DNA from: an uncultured Erysipelotrichaceae bacterium | GTDB taxonomy: Bacteria; Bacillota_I; Bacilli_A; RF39; UBA660 | Length of the DNA: 64,000 bases | Assembly (NCBI GenBank): GCA_902788735.1 | Contig: CADALJ010000001.1 | Location: 4,005-68,004 of the forward strand | Direction: 5' to 3' | In this document: positions 17,282 through 28,293 of the stretch, in pieces | Position numbering within the stretch: the first letter of the stretch is position 1 | Layout of the letters: every line of letters starts with the position of its first letter | Translations under genes and position numbers: made by a program | Notes under the pieces: generated by a model | The model's input: only the letters and a program-made list of their open reading frames with translations | Told to the model about the DNA's origin: nothing | The model's database searches: none

Positions 17282-17971
17282 ATGCCAAAAAAGATAGTTG
17301 AAAAAAGAAAAATAAAATTATTACCATTCTTAATATTTTTATTAGTACTTTGCGTACTATCTTTTTCTGTTTATTTTGCCCTTCAAATTAGAGTAAAAAA
17401 CCTAATAGTTATAGGTAATAACTATATACCAGATGATGTGATTTTAGAAAAAGCAAAAGTAATAAATTATCCTAAATTCTTATTAACCACCAATTATAGT
17501 GTTAGAAAAAATTTAGAAAAATATCCATATATTAAAAAAGCTACTCTAATAAAAAAACATCCTCTTACTTTTGAAATAAAAATAGAAGAAGCAAGATCAT
17601 TATTCTATAATATGAATAATAATAGTTACATATTAGATAATGATAAAGAAATCAAAGAGAAAAAATCAGAATATAATTTTAGAGTACCTAGATTATTAAA
17701 TTATGTCCCAGATAAAAAATATGAATCATTTAAAGAAAATATGGCTAAAGTAAATGGTGACGTACTATCTAAAATAAGTGATATAGAGTATCAACCAAAT
17801 GATTATGATAAAGATAGATTTTTACTATATATGGATGATGGTAATATGGTATATCTTACATTAACTAAATTTAAAATGATTAATCACTATAATGAAGTGT
17901 TAAAACAATTAGAAAATCATAAAGGAATACTTTATTTAGATAATGGTAATCACTTTAAAATTATGGAATAA
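17282..17971 (+). CDS. ftsQ: cell division protein FtsQ/DivIB (POTRA domain)
   Basis: Short cytoplasmic N-terminus, one TM, POTRA-like (IRVKNLIVIGNNYI); position between murB and ftsA. ATG at 17282 with GGGAG RBS. Confidence 0.7.
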   Translation: MPKKIVEKRKIKLLPFLIFLLVLCVLSFSVYFALQIRVKNLIVIGNNYIPDDVILEKAKVINYPKFLLTTNYSVRKNLEKYPYIKKATLIKKHPLTFEIKIEEARSLFYNMNNNSYILDNDKEIKEKKSEYNFRVPRLLNYVPDKKYESFKENMAKVNGDVLSKISDIEYQPNDYDKDRFLLYMDDGNMVYLTLTKFKMINHYNEVLKQLENHKGILYLDNGNHFKIME

Positions 17972-17998
17972 AGAGTTTTAACTCTTTATTTTTTTATG
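17972..17998 (+). terminator. intrinsic terminator after ftsQ
   Basis: Hairpin aagagtttt-aactcttt followed by T-run. Confidence 0.5.
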
Positions 17999-18020
17999 CT
18001 ATACTTTATATGGTGATAAT

Positions 18021-19322
18021 ATGAAAAAGATTTATAAGTATTTGTTATTTATATTTTTATTTATATTCTTTCTAGTATTTAATCTTACAGTAAGCCAATT
18101 AACTTTAGATGAAATATGGAGTTATGGATTTAGTTATAATATAGTTAATGGGCTTATTCCATACAAAGACTTCAATATGGTAATAACACCATTTTATAGT
18201 ATATTGATGGCTATACCTATGTATATTAATAATAATTTACTAGTATTTCATATAGAAAATACAATTATTATTACTTTATTTGTATTTATAACTTACAAAT
18301 TAATAAAAGAAAAAGTATTTTTAATATTACCAATATTAATATTTCCTCTAAATATAACATTCCCTAATTATAATTTCTTTATTTTATTTTTATTCATTTT
18401 ATTAATCTATTTAGAAAAGAATAATAAAAGTGATTTACTAATAGGAATAATAATTAGTTTAATATTTCTTACTAAACAATCTATTGGACTATTCTTAATA
18501 CCAGTATCTTTATATTACATAGGTAAGAAGAAAAATTTAAAAAGATTTATAGGCTTTATTATACCTAATATTATATTTATAATTTATTTATTAATTACAA
18601 ATAGTTATAAAGAATTTATTAATTTATGTTTTTTAGGATTATTAGATTTTGGCAAAGGTAATAGTAATTTTAATATATTCTTTATATTTACAATACTACT
18701 AGTATTATTAATACTATATTTAGTAAAAAAACATAAGAAAATAGATTATTACTATTTATTAGGATTTACTAGTATATGTATACCATTATTTGATTTATAC
18801 CATTTCATGATATATCTAATAGCTTGTTTAATAGTGTTTTATAAAAATGATTTATTATATATTTTTAAACCTAGATTAGTAGGTATATCTTTATTTATAG
18901 GATTAGCATTTATTCATATAACTAAAAGTAATTTTAATACTAAATACTATCCAAATGAATTAAATTTATTTGAATATAGATACATTGAAAAAAAAGGCAT
19001 AGATAATACTAATAAAGTTTTAAATTATATGAATAAATATAATAATAAAGTTATGTTTATAGGACCTAGTGCGTATTTCTATAAATTAATTAATAATCAA
19101 AAGATAACTGACTTAGATTTAATAAATACAGGTAATTATGGATATAATGGATCTAACAGACTATTAAAGAAAGTGAAGAGCCTAGATAAAGAATATGTTT
19201 TCTTTGTAGAGAAAGATGAATTAGGACTAGGTAAACAAACAGATCAAAAACTATATAAATATATAATTAAAAAGTATCAAAAGATAGGAGAAATAGGCAA
19301 TTTTATTATATATAAGAAATAA
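18021..19322 (+). CDS. polytopic membrane protein (about 11 TM) inserted between ftsQ and ftsA; possible glycosyltransferase-C/O-antigen-polymerase-like
   Basis: 433 aa and extremely hydrophobic. No diagnostic catalytic motif recognised. Confidence 0.55.
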   Translation: MKKIYKYLLFIFLFIFFLVFNLTVSQLTLDEIWSYGFSYNIVNGLIPYKDFNMVITPFYSILMAIPMYINNNLLVFHIENTIIITLFVFITYKLIKEKVFLILPILIFPLNITFPNYNFFILFLFILLIYLEKNNKSDLLIGIIISLIFLTKQSIGLFLIPVSLYYIGKKKNLKRFIGFIIPNIIFIIYLLITNSYKEFINLCFLGLLDFGKGNSNFNIFFIFTILLVLLILYLVKKHKKIDYYYLLGFTSICIPLFDLYHFMIYLIACLIVFYKNDLLYIFKPRLVGISLFIGLAFIHITKSNFNTKYYPNELNLFEYRYIEKKGIDNTNKVLNYMNKYNNKVMFIGPSAYFYKLINNQKITDLDLINTGNYGYNGSNRLLKKVKSLDKEYVFFVEKDELGLGKQTDQKLYKYIIKKYQKIGEIGNFIIYKK

Positions 19323-19391
19323 AGAAATTAGTTTTTTCTTTATTTTTTATTTTATACATAGTATAATTAAATAAGAGTATAGGAGGACATT

Positions 19392-20627
19392 ATGGGAGAT
19401 ATTTATACAGGAATAGACTTAGGTACTGATAGTATAAAAGTAGTAGTTACTGAAAAAATAAATGATAAATTTCAAGTATTAGCATCAATTAGTAGTCCTT
19501 CTAATGGTATTAAAAATGGATATATTATAGATACTAAACTAGCTATTAATAGTGTTAAGACTGCTATGAAAAAGATAAATGAACAACTAGGTATAAAAAT
19601 TACTAAAGTAATAGCTGCTATTCCACCTACAAATGCTAGAATGGATATTGTTTTAGGAACTACAAATATATTAGATTATAATGAAATAACAGGTATAGAT
19701 GTTAGTAATGTATTATTAGATGCTCTAAAAGGAATAGATTTTCATAATGAAGAACTAGTAACAGCTATGCCAATAAGTTTTACTGTAGATGATAAACCAA
19801 ATATAAAAGATCCTAAGGGTATGAAAGGCAGTGTTCTTGAAAGTAGAGTAGTAATATCTCTTGTACCTAAAGAACCATTATATAGGATACTTGAAGTATT
19901 AAAATTAAGTGGAATTGAAACAGTAGATATATCATTTACTTCAGTAGGTGATTACTATACAATCAAAACACGTAAATATGATGAGTTAGTAGGAGCTATT
20001 ATTAATATAGGAGAGAACTCTACAAATATTAGTATTTTCAATAAAGGAATACAAATAAAGAATAGTACTATCCCTGTAGGAAGCAGTTATGTAGATAAAG
20101 ATTTAACGTATGCATTTAAATCAAGTTTATCTGAGTCTCGCAAAATAAAAGAAAACTTTGCAGTAGCTATATCTAGCTATGCAGATCCTAATGATACTTT
20201 TGAAATAAAAATAGATAAAGATAACATAAAAACAATTAATAATGTAAATGCCTCAAAAGTAGTAGAAGCAAGAATAAGAGAAATCTTAAAACTTGCTAAA
20301 AATGAGATAAAAAACTTAACAAACAGAGAAATACGTTATATAATTGTTACAGGTGGTATAACGGAAATTAATTCTTTTTCTGCTATTGTAGAACAAGAAT
20401 TTGGATTCGTTGCTAAGGTATGTAATATTAATGCTATGGGTATTAGACATAATAAGTTTAGTAGTAGTTATGGTATTACTAAATATTTTGATGATAAATT
20501 ATCTCTTAGAGGTAAAACATATGAAATGATCACAAAAGAAGAGAAAGATACAATGCTATCAATTGATTCAAATATAACTAATGAAAATATGCTAAGTAAA
20601 GTGTTTGGACACTTTCTCGACGTATAA
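19392..20627 (+). CDS. ftsA: cell division protein FtsA
   Basis: Actin-like ATPase; GIDLGTDSIKVVV start. Confidence 0.9.
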   Translation: MGDIYTGIDLGTDSIKVVVTEKINDKFQVLASISSPSNGIKNGYIIDTKLAINSVKTAMKKINEQLGIKITKVIAAIPPTNARMDIVLGTTNILDYNEITGIDVSNVLLDALKGIDFHNEELVTAMPISFTVDDKPNIKDPKGMKGSVLESRVVISLVPKEPLYRILEVLKLSGIETVDISFTSVGDYYTIKTRKYDELVGAIINIGENSTNISIFNKGIQIKNSTIPVGSSYVDKDLTYAFKSSLSESRKIKENFAVAISSYADPNDTFEIKIDKDNIKTINNVNASKVVEARIREILKLAKNEIKNLTNREIRYIIVTGGITEINSFSAIVEQEFGFVAKVCNINAMGIRHNKFSSSYGITKYFDDKLSLRGKTYEMITKEEKDTMLSIDSNITNENMLSKVFGHFLDV

Positions 20628-20639
20628 GGAGGAAAAGGT

Positions 20640-21773
20640 ATGATAGGCGGATTAGAAATGGATCAGTTAGCGAAAATCAAAGTCATCGGTTTAGGTGGTG
20701 GCGGAGGTAACGCTATAAATAGAATGGTAGAATCTGGTGTAAAAGGTGTTGAATTCATCGCAGCTAATACAGATCTACAAGTATTAAATACTAGTAAAGC
20801 AGATGTAAAAATTCAAATAGGTGCTGAATTAACTGACGGATTAGGAGCAGGTGGAAAACCTGAAGTTGGAAAAGAATCAGCAGTTGAATCTAAAAAAGAA
20901 ATAGAAGAAGCCCTAACAGGAGCAGACATGGTATTTATAACTGCTGGTATGGGTGGAGGAACTGGAACTGGAGCTGCTGCAATTGTTGCAGAAATTGCTC
21001 AAGGATTAGGTGCTCTAACAGTAGCTATAGTTACTAAACCATTCTCATTTGAAGGAAAAAGAAGAATGGAAAATGCTCTTCAAGGTATTGAAGAATTAAG
21101 AAAACATGTAGATACATTAATTGTAATTCCAAATGATAGATTAAGAGAAATTATTGATAAATCAACTCCAATGTTAGAAGCATTCAAAGAAGTTGATAAC
21201 GTATTAAGAAGAGGTGTACAATCTATCTCAGACTTAATCGCTGTAGTAGGACTTGTTAACCTTGACTTTGCTGATGTTAAAGCAGTAATGGAAAAAAGTG
21301 GTCGAGCTATTATTGGTATTGGTATTGGTATGGGTGAAGATAGAGCACTTGAAGCTGCTAAACAAGCTGTATCAAGTCCACTTCTTGAAACATCTATTGA
21401 AGGAGCAACTGATGCAATTATTAATATCACAGGTGGTGTTAACTTAACATTATTTGAAGCAGAACAAGCTGCTGAAGTAGTAAGAAGTGCTGCTAATACT
21501 GATATTAATACAATATTTGGTTCAGTTATTAATGAAAACTTAAATGATGAAGTAATTGTTACAGTAATTGCTACTGGATTTGATAAATCAAAAAAACAAC
21601 AAGAAGCAAAACAAGAACCACAATTTACTAATCCACAACCAACTAGAAGATTACCATCAAGAGAAGATTATTCATATCAACCTGAAGTATTAGATAATAA
21701 TAATGATGATGGTGAAGGTGGAAGAGGCGTTGATATTGAAATGCCTTCATTCCTAAGAGATAGAAATTTTTAA
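20640..21773 (+). CDS. ftsZ: cell division GTPase FtsZ
   Basis: [13 protein letters not shown] and T7 loop NLDFADVK; AGGAGG RBS. Confidence 0.95.
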   Translation: MIGGLEMDQLAKIKVIGLGGGGGNAINRMVESGVKGVEFIAANTDLQVLNTSKADVKIQIGAELTDGLGAGGKPEVGKESAVESKKEIEEALTGADMVFITAGMGGGTGTGAAAIVAEIAQGLGALTVAIVTKPFSFEGKRRMENALQGIEELRKHVDTLIVIPNDRLREIIDKSTPMLEAFKEVDNVLRRGVQSISDLIAVVGLVNLDFADVKAVMEKSGRAIIGIGIGMGEDRALEAAKQAVSSPLLETSIEGATDAIINITGGVNLTLFEAEQAAEVVRSAANTDINTIFGSVINENLNDEVIVTVIATGFDKSKKQQEAKQEPQFTNPQPTRRLPSREDYSYQPEVLDNNNDDGEGGRGVDIEMPSFLRDRNF

Positions 21774-21790
21774 TAAAAAATAAGTAAAAA

Positions 21791-21819
21791 AAGAAGTAAA
21801 AATATACTTCTTTTTATTT
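21791..21819 (+). terminator. intrinsic terminator after ftsZ
   Basis: Hairpin aagaagtaaaaatatacttctt followed by TTTTATTT. Confidence 0.6.
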
Positions 21820-21900
21820 GACGTAAACTAATGTAAAAGTAAAGAAAAACACAATAAATTTCTTTACTTTTTTTATGTATTTAGGTATTATTATAGTAGG

Positions 21901-21928
21901 TAGTGGTTGATAGTGGTGAAAAGTGGGG
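21901..21928 (+). promoter_or_regulatory. three direct AGTGG(T/G) repeats at 10-bp spacing, a candidate MraZ operator upstream of mraZ
   Basis: tAGTGGttgatAGTGGtgaaaAGTGGggg; known MraZ sites are GTGGG direct repeats with a 10-nt period. Confidence 0.5.
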
Positions 21929-21936
21929 GATGAAAT

Positions 21937-22374
21937 ATGTTTATAGGAGAATATCATCATACAATTGATGAAAAAGGCAGAATTATAATTCCTGCTAAAT
22001 TCCGTGAGGAATTAGGAAACAACTTTATTATTACAAGAGGAATTGAAAACTGCTTATTTGTTTATTCGAAAGAAAACTGGGCAAAAATTACCGATAAACT
22101 TAGTTCATTACCATTCACCAAAAAAGATGCGAGAACATTTAATCGTTTCTTCATGTCAGGCGCTACAGACGTAGAATTAGATAAACAGGGACGAGTTAAT
22201 ATCTCTAAGCCATTAATCGACTATGCATCTCTTTCAAAGGATTGTGTAATAATTGGAACTGGAGATAGACTTGAGGTTTGGTCACAAGAGTCTTGGGATA
22301 GTTTCTTTGATTCTACAAAGGACAGTATGTCAGACATAGCTGAAAATCTATTTAATGAAAGTGTGAACTTATGA
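21937..22374 (+). CDS. mraZ: transcriptional regulator MraZ
   Basis: MFIGEYHHTIDEKGRIIIPAKFR; two DxxxR repeats. Confidence 0.9.
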   Translation: MFIGEYHHTIDEKGRIIIPAKFREELGNNFIITRGIENCLFVYSKENWAKITDKLSSLPFTKKDARTFNRFFMSGATDVELDKQGRVNISKPLIDYASLSKDCVIIGTGDRLEVWSQESWDSFFDSTKDSMSDIAENLFNESVNL

Positions 22375-23303
22375 TAGAAAAACACATTAGCGTATTACTA
22401 AATGAATCTATTTCCTCCCTAAATTTAAAAGAAAATAGTATCATAGTTGATGCGACGTTAGGCTATGGAGGACACAGTAGTAGCATCTTAGATAGAATAA
22501 AAAAGGGTTATTTATTCGCCTTTGACCAAGATAGTGAAGCAATTCGGCATAGTACCGATCGTCTCTCTAAGATCGGTACTAACTTCACTATCATAAAAAG
22601 CAATTTTAAAAACATGAAAGAAGAACTTAATAAAAGAAATATCTATAAGGTAGATGGAGTCCTATTTGACTTAGGAGTTTCATCACCACAACTAGATGAA
22701 AAAGAAAGAGGCTTCTCCTTTCATGAAGATGCTCCACTTGATATGAGAATGGATAGGGAACAAAAATTAACTGCTTATGATGTAGTTAATACTTATAGTA
22801 AAGAAGAATTATCTAAAATATTTTTTAAATATGGCGAAGATAAATTTTCAAATAACATTGCAAAAAAGATCGTAGAGTATAGAAGTACTAAACCTATAGA
22901 AACAACATTAGAATTAGTAGAAATAATAAAAACAGCTGTACCTATGAAATTTAGAATAGATAAACATCCTGCAAGACAAATATTTCAAGCAATAAGAATT
23001 GAAGTAAATCATGAATTGGATGTAATAGAACCTGCAATTAACCAAGCATTAGAAATGTTAAATGTAGGTGGAAGAGTAGCAGTCATCACATTTCACTCTT
23101 TAGAAGATAGATTAGTAAAAAATATTTTTAGAGAGAAATGTAAGATAGATGAAAAATTAAAAGGTCTTCCTAATATTCCGGAAGAGTATCTACCAGACTT
23201 CAGATTGGTAGAAAATAAAGCAATAGTTCCATCTGAGGAGGAACTAAAAAGAAATCCTCGAGCAAGAAGTTCAAAATTAAGAGTAATTGAAAGAATTAAA
23301 TAA
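22371..23303 (+). CDS. rsmH: 16S rRNA (cytosine1402-N4)-methyltransferase
   Basis: SAM-binding DATLGYGGHS and FDLGVSSPQLD motifs. Confidence 0.9.
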   Translation: MIEKHISVLLNESISSLNLKENSIIVDATLGYGGHSSSILDRIKKGYLFAFDQDSEAIRHSTDRLSKIGTNFTIIKSNFKNMKEELNKRNIYKVDGVLFDLGVSSPQLDEKERGFSFHEDAPLDMRMDREQKLTAYDVVNTYSKEELSKIFFKYGEDKFSNNIAKKIVEYRSTKPIETTLELVEIIKTAVPMKFRIDKHPARQIFQAIRIEVNHELDVIEPAINQALEMLNVGGRVAVITFHSLEDRLVKNIFREKCKIDEKLKGLPNIPEEYLPDFRLVENKAIVPSEEELKRNPRARSSKLRVIERIK

Positions 23304-23311
23304 ATGGAGAG

Positions 23312-23617
23312 ATGAATATGAAAAAGATGAGAAAACGTGTTAAAATATCAAAATTTGAAAGACTAATTTATACATTAGCCTTATTCCTACTTGTAATAGC
23401 ACCAGTATCAATAGTCTTTTCAAAAGCAACTCTTGCAAAAGTAAACTTTGAAGTAGAAAAAGAGAAAAAAGAAATTGCTGTTCAAAAGAAAACTAATGAA
23501 TCTATAGGAATGACAATTGATGAATTAGCATCACTTACAAAGATTCAACAAGTTGCAGAAGAACAAGGATTGAGTTATAATAATAATAATATAAAATCAG
23601 TTAGTGAAGACAACTAA
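23312..23617 (+). CDS. ftsL: cell division protein FtsL-like (bitopic, coiled coil)
   Basis: Position after rsmH; one TM. Confidence 0.55.
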   Translation: MNMKKMRKRVKISKFERLIYTLALFLLVIAPVSIVFSKATLAKVNFEVEKEKKEIAVQKKTNESIGMTIDELASLTKIQQVAEEQGLSYNNNNIKSVSEDN

Positions 23618-23634
23618 TATAAGGAGTGATACTC

Positions 23635-25770
23635 TTGAAAACAAAGAAGAGAAAAAATAATATTAAATATTCTAAGATATTTATATTTATATCTCTTCTT
23701 TTATTTTGTCTAATGATTTTTAGAGTAATAGAGTTAGGAATGAGTGAAGAAATAGATGGAATCAATTTAAAAAACCTAGCAGCTAATAGAACGACAAGAA
23801 CTGATGTTGAAGAAGCAAAAAGAGGAACAATTTATTCACTTAATGGCGATGTTTTAGCACAAAATGTATCTTCATATAAACTTATTGCTTATTTAGATTC
23901 AAAAAGAACTACTAATCCTAAAAGACCACAACACGTAGTTGATAAAGAAACTACTGCTGAAAAACTATCTCCTATCTTAGGAATGGAAAAAGATGAAATA
24001 CTTGGATATTTAAATAAAGAAAACTTATATCAAACAGAGTTTGGTACTAAAGGTAAAGGATTAAATGAAATAGAAAAGAAACAAATAGAGGATTTAGATT
24101 TACCAGGATTAGACTTTATTGAAAGTTTTAAAAGATATTATCCAAAGGGTAATTTTGCATCATATATAATAGGTTATACTAAGACAGATGATGAAGGTAT
24201 TACTCAAGGTGAAATGGGTATAGAAAAACAGTATAATGATATTCTAAAAGGAGAAAATGGTTATACTACATATCAAAAAGACTTAAAAGGATATAAAATA
24301 GCTAATACACCTGAAATTAAAGTAGATGCTATTCAAGGAAAAGATATTTATTTAACAATTGATGAAAATATCCAATTCTTTGTAGAACAAGCAATGACTA
24401 ACTCTGATAAAAACTATGATTGGGAATGGTTCACAATAACTATAATGGATGCTAAAACAGGAGCAATTTTAGCTACTAGTTCATCTCCAAGTTTTGATCC
24501 TAATAAAAGAGATATTTCCAATTATATGGATTTATTTTCACAAACTCCATATGAACCTGGAAGTACTATGAAAACATTTACCTATATGGCTGCCATGGAA
24601 AATGGTGTATATGATGGTAATGAAACATATAAATCAGGAGTATTTGAAACAAGTGATGGTACGATAATTGGTGACTGGGACCGTGCCGGTTGGGGAGTCA
24701 TTAACTATGATAAAGGATATGCCCTAAGTAGTAACGTTGGGGTTATTAATATAATAGATAGACATATGAATAGCTTAATGTTAAGACAATACTTTAGACG
24801 CTTAGGGTTTGGCAGAAAAACAGGAATAGAATTACCTAATGAAAATAAAGGAAATCTAGAATTTAAATATGAAACAGAAATATTTAATGCTGGATTTGGT
24901 CAAGGTATAACAACAACACCAGTTCAAAATGTAAAAGCATTAACTCCATTAACAAATGATGGAATGCTACTTAAACCATATATAGTATCTAAAATAGTAG
25001 ATTCTACAACGGGCGAAGTAATCTTAGAAAATAAGAAAGAAGAACTTGATCGTGTTGCTTCAACAGCTACAGTTCAAAAAATGATTAGTCTAATGGATGA
25101 TTGTGTTAATGGCTATGGTAATACAGGTAGTGGATATCGTGTTGAAGGAGGAGAACTTGTAGGTAAAACAGGTACTGCTCAAATTGCAGAAAATGGTAGA
25201 GGTTACTTATCAGGTATAGAAAACACTATTTCATCTTTTGCAGGAATTTATCCAAAGAGTAATCCTCAAATAATAATCTATGCATCAGCCAAAAAAACTA
25301 GTGGAGGTAGTCAAAAACCAGTAAGTAATGCTGTTAAAGAAATAGTTACAAATGTATCAAAATATTATGGAAATGATGATACTAAAGCCCAACCACTAGA
25401 AATAAAAGATTATGAAGTACCAAACTTTAAAAATAAAAAACTAGATAAGGTAAAACAAACATTAGAAACTAATAAAATAAGTTATGAAATAATAGGAGAA
25501 GGAGATAAAGTAATAGAACAATCTCCAAATCCAAAGGACATAATAACTACAAATGATAAAGTATATCTAATAACAAATAAAGAAAAGAAAATGCCTAATC
25601 TAATAGGTAAATCTTCTAAAGTAGCCAAAGATATATTAGTTAAACTAGGAATTAAAACTAAATTAGAAGGTGTAGGCTATGTAACAGAACAATCTATAAG
25701 TGAATCTACACCTATAGAAGAAAATATGGAAATAGAATTAAAATTATCCCCTAAGTTTAATGGAGAATAG
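23635..25770 (+). CDS. penicillin-binding protein 2B-type transpeptidase with two C-terminal PASTA domains
   Basis: SxxK (STMK), SxN and KTG(T) motifs; two PASTA repeats at the C-terminus. TTG at 23635 behind AAGGAGTG preferred over GTG at 23626. Confidence 0.85.
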   Translation: MKTKKRKNNIKYSKIFIFISLLLFCLMIFRVIELGMSEEIDGINLKNLAANRTTRTDVEEAKRGTIYSLNGDVLAQNVSSYKLIAYLDSKRTTNPKRPQHVVDKETTAEKLSPILGMEKDEILGYLNKENLYQTEFGTKGKGLNEIEKKQIEDLDLPGLDFIESFKRYYPKGNFASYIIGYTKTDDEGITQGEMGIEKQYNDILKGENGYTTYQKDLKGYKIANTPEIKVDAIQGKDIYLTIDENIQFFVEQAMTNSDKNYDWEWFTITIMDAKTGAILATSSSPSFDPNKRDISNYMDLFSQTPYEPGSTMKTFTYMAAMENGVYDGNETYKSGVFETSDGTIIGDWDRAGWGVINYDKGYALSSNVGVINIIDRHMNSLMLRQYFRRLGFGRKTGIELPNENKGNLEFKYETEIFNAGFGQGITTTPVQNVKALTPLTNDGMLLKPYIVSKIVDSTTGEVILENKKEELDRVASTATVQKMISLMDDCVNGYGNTGSGYRVEGGELVGKTGTAQIAENGRGYLSGIENTISSFAGIYPKSNPQIIIYASAKKTSGGSQKPVSNAVKEIVTNVSKYYGNDDTKAQPLEIKDYEVPNFKNKKLDKVKQTLETNKISYEIIGEGDKVIEQSPNPKDIITTNDKVYLITNKEKKMPNLIGKSSKVAKDILVKLGIKTKLEGVGYVTEQSISESTPIEENMEIELKLSPKFNGE

Positions 25771-25780
25771 GATGGTGTAA

Positions 25781-26302
25781 ATGAAAAAACTAATTAATAT
25801 AAGAAATAGTGTAATAATAATTCTTTGTATTACAATAATATGCATGGCTATAGGTTTTATTGTCATCTCAGTAGAATATACAAAGAAAACAAAAGAAAAC
25901 TTAGTATATAATGTAGTATTTACTAAAGTAAAAAAACTATCTTCAGTAAAAGGATCTAATACTGAACCAAAAGGAGAAGTAAAAATAAATGATAATTTAT
26001 CTGAAATAGAAATGAACATTACATTAGAATCTCCTCATGATGAATTATCATTCCTAGCTACAATAGAAAATGAAGGTACAGTTCCAATAGAAATAGTAGA
26101 TATAATGGAAAGCCCTGATTATAAATTAGATAGTTTTAAAAAATTAATTAATCCAGTTACAATAACACTATCTGACATAGAAGGAAAAGTAATAGAACCA
26201 AATGAAACATTAGATTTAAAAATAGTATTTTATTATAATGGAACCGCATCTGGAACTAAAACATTTGATTATAAGTTAGGATTAATTACTAAAACAAAAT
26301 AA
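25781..26302 (+). CDS. hypothetical membrane-anchored protein (N-terminal TM, beta-rich ectodomain)
   Basis: ORF with a TM segment; no family assignment. Confidence 0.5.
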   Translation: MKKLINIRNSVIIILCITIICMAIGFIVISVEYTKKTKENLVYNVVFTKVKKLSSVKGSNTEPKGEVKINDNLSEIEMNITLESPHDELSFLATIENEGTVPIEIVDIMESPDYKLDSFKKLINPVTITLSDIEGKVIEPNETLDLKIVFYYNGTASGTKTFDYKLGLITKTK

Positions 26303-26330
26303 AGAACATTTAGTTCTTTTTTCTTTTATT
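26303..26330 (+). terminator. intrinsic terminator
   Basis: Hairpin aaagaac-attt-agttcttt followed by T-run. Confidence 0.5.
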
Positions 26331-26375
26331 GACAAAATATTATGTTTTTTCTATAATCATTTTAGGGTGTAGTAA

Positions 26376-27707
26376 ATGAAAAAAACAAAGATAGTATTAT
26401 TGATATTTTTAATAATAATAATTGCTTCAACAATATGTATAAGCATTGGATTATATTTAAATAGAATAAGTAAACCAAATTATATTTTTTCTAAGGGAAT
26501 AGATATTATAAGAAATAAATTAAATAATTATAATAGTGTTTCATCTGATTTAGACTTAAAAGATAAATTTAGTATTAAAGGAAATATAGAATTTGATTTA
26601 GAAAGTGAATATTATAAAAAATCAAATAATCCTGAAGATATGAAAATATATAATTTAATCAATAATTTAGATAATATGGATACTAGTTTTAAAATTCAAA
26701 AAAATCAATCTAAAAAGATTGGTTATATTGAAATAAATGAAAAAATTGGTAAAGAAGATATACTTGATTTTAAATATTGTATAGATAATTCTACAAAATA
26801 CTATTTTGTTAAGGATATAGTAGATAACTATATAAATGATGGTAGTTGTAATTTCTTTGAAAATATTAATGCAAATACTACAGAAAAAGAAACTATAGAA
26901 TATATATATAATTTTATAATTGATTCATTAAAAAATAATTTAAAAGATGAATACTTTACTAGTAAAGAAGAAAAAGATAAATATGTGGTTAGTCTTAAAA
27001 TAAATAATGATAATTTAATAGATATATTAAATGGAATAATAAAAGATTTAAAAAATGATAAAAAAGCAAGAAGAATATTAGATAATATAGATAAAAAAAT
27101 ACTAAAAACAAAAATAAAAAATAATAAAGAATATTTAGAAAAAGGGGAGTATTATAAAATTTCAATATATACTAGTAAAATACTTTATAAGCCAATAAAA
27201 TATGAAGTAGAAAGATTTACTAATAATGATATAGAAAAATTTATTTATGAAGGAAATGATAAAAAAGGGACATTATATTATTTAGTTAATGAAAAAGAAA
27301 AATATACTATTCCAGTAGAATTTAAAAAAGATTTAATTAAAGCAAAAATAAAAAATTCCGAAGAAAAAACAATAGGTGAATTTAAACTAGATAAGAATAA
27401 TTATAATACAGTTATTAATTATACTTTAAATGATAATAATGAGAAAATAGATTTAATATATTCATCAAAATATTCTAAAGTAAATAAAAATAATAGCTAT
27501 ACTAATAAAAAGAATTTATCATTCAAATATATAGTAAATAAAGAAACTAAATTAAGTGGAGAAGTTAATGTTAGTTTAGATGTAAGTAATAAATTTAGTA
27601 TTATTACTGATATAACTGAAGCTAAATTAAAATCAAATGTAACAGAAGAAGAAAAAGAAAAATTAGATAATCTATATAAAGATATTAAAAATAGATTAGA
27701 AAGATAG
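26376..27707 (+). CDS. hypothetical N-terminally anchored, Lys/Asn-rich protein (443 aa)
   Basis: TM at the N-terminus, low complexity, no motif. Confidence 0.5.
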   Translation: MKKTKIVLLIFLIIIIASTICISIGLYLNRISKPNYIFSKGIDIIRNKLNNYNSVSSDLDLKDKFSIKGNIEFDLESEYYKKSNNPEDMKIYNLINNLDNMDTSFKIQKNQSKKIGYIEINEKIGKEDILDFKYCIDNSTKYYFVKDIVDNYINDGSCNFFENINANTTEKETIEYIYNFIIDSLKNNLKDEYFTSKEEKDKYVVSLKINNDNLIDILNGIIKDLKNDKKARRILDNIDKKILKTKIKNNKEYLEKGEYYKISIYTSKILYKPIKYEVERFTNNDIEKFIYEGNDKKGTLYYLVNEKEKYTIPVEFKKDLIKAKIKNSEEKTIGEFKLDKNNYNTVINYTLNDNNEKIDLIYSSKYSKVNKNNSYTNKKNLSFKYIVNKETKLSGEVNVSLDVSNKFSIITDITEAKLKSNVTEEEKEKLDNLYKDIKNRLER

Positions 27708-27714
27708 GAATAAT

Positions 27715-28215
27715 ATGAAAAAGAAAAACAAAAAGACAACAGAAGATTTACTAAATTCTACTAAAAAATTAATGATAGTATTTATACTATTATTAATATT
27801 AGTTGTGTTTTTATTTGTTTTATGTGTTATAAAATATAAAGAATCCAAAGAAAATGAATTTGCTAATATGATAATACCAGTATATGAACTTAATACTAAT
27901 TATGAATTTAGTATTAATGCAAAAATATTAAGTGAAGTAGATGAATATACATTTAAAATAGTAAATTATAAAAAGAAAGAAATAAACAAAGAAGAAATTC
28001 CATATAAAATAGAAATAAAAAATAATACAAAATCTACTATTAAAGTTACTAAAAACGATGATAAAAAAGATTTGATGAATAATGAAAAAGAAACAATTAT
28101 AGATGAAGTAACTTTAAAAAAAGAAGAAAAAGAAAACATATATTATCATATAAAAATAACTAAATCAAAAGATTTGACAAAAGATGATTTGATATATGTA
28201 AAAATAATGAATTAG
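27715..28215 (+). CDS. hypothetical membrane-anchored protein (166 aa)
   Basis: N-terminal TM; 8-nt gap from the upstream gene (operon). Confidence 0.5.
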   Translation: MKKKNKKTTEDLLNSTKKLMIVFILLLILVVFLFVLCVIKYKESKENEFANMIIPVYELNTNYEFSINAKILSEVDEYTFKIVNYKKKEINKEEIPYKIEIKNNTKSTIKVTKNDDKKDLMNNEKETIIDEVTLKKEEKENIYYHIKITKSKDLTKDDLIYVKIMN

Positions 28216-28293
28216 AGAGGCTATAAGAGGCCTTTTTTCTTTACTTTTAGTGTCAAATTTGATAAACTAAAGTAGAAGAGTGGAGGGACGTTA

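Noticed and set aside
21080-21430. 116-aa antisense ORF within ftsZ.
   Set aside because: Antisense to ftsZ; Ser/Ile-rich mirror of the Gly/Ala-rich coding strand.
25744-26019. 91-aa minus-strand ORF overlapping the PBP2B end and the next gene.
   Set aside because: Overlaps two better plus-strand genes; hydrophobic AT-rich artefact.
27497-27739. 80-aa antisense ORF.
   Set aside because: Antisense to the 26376-27707 gene; no RBS.
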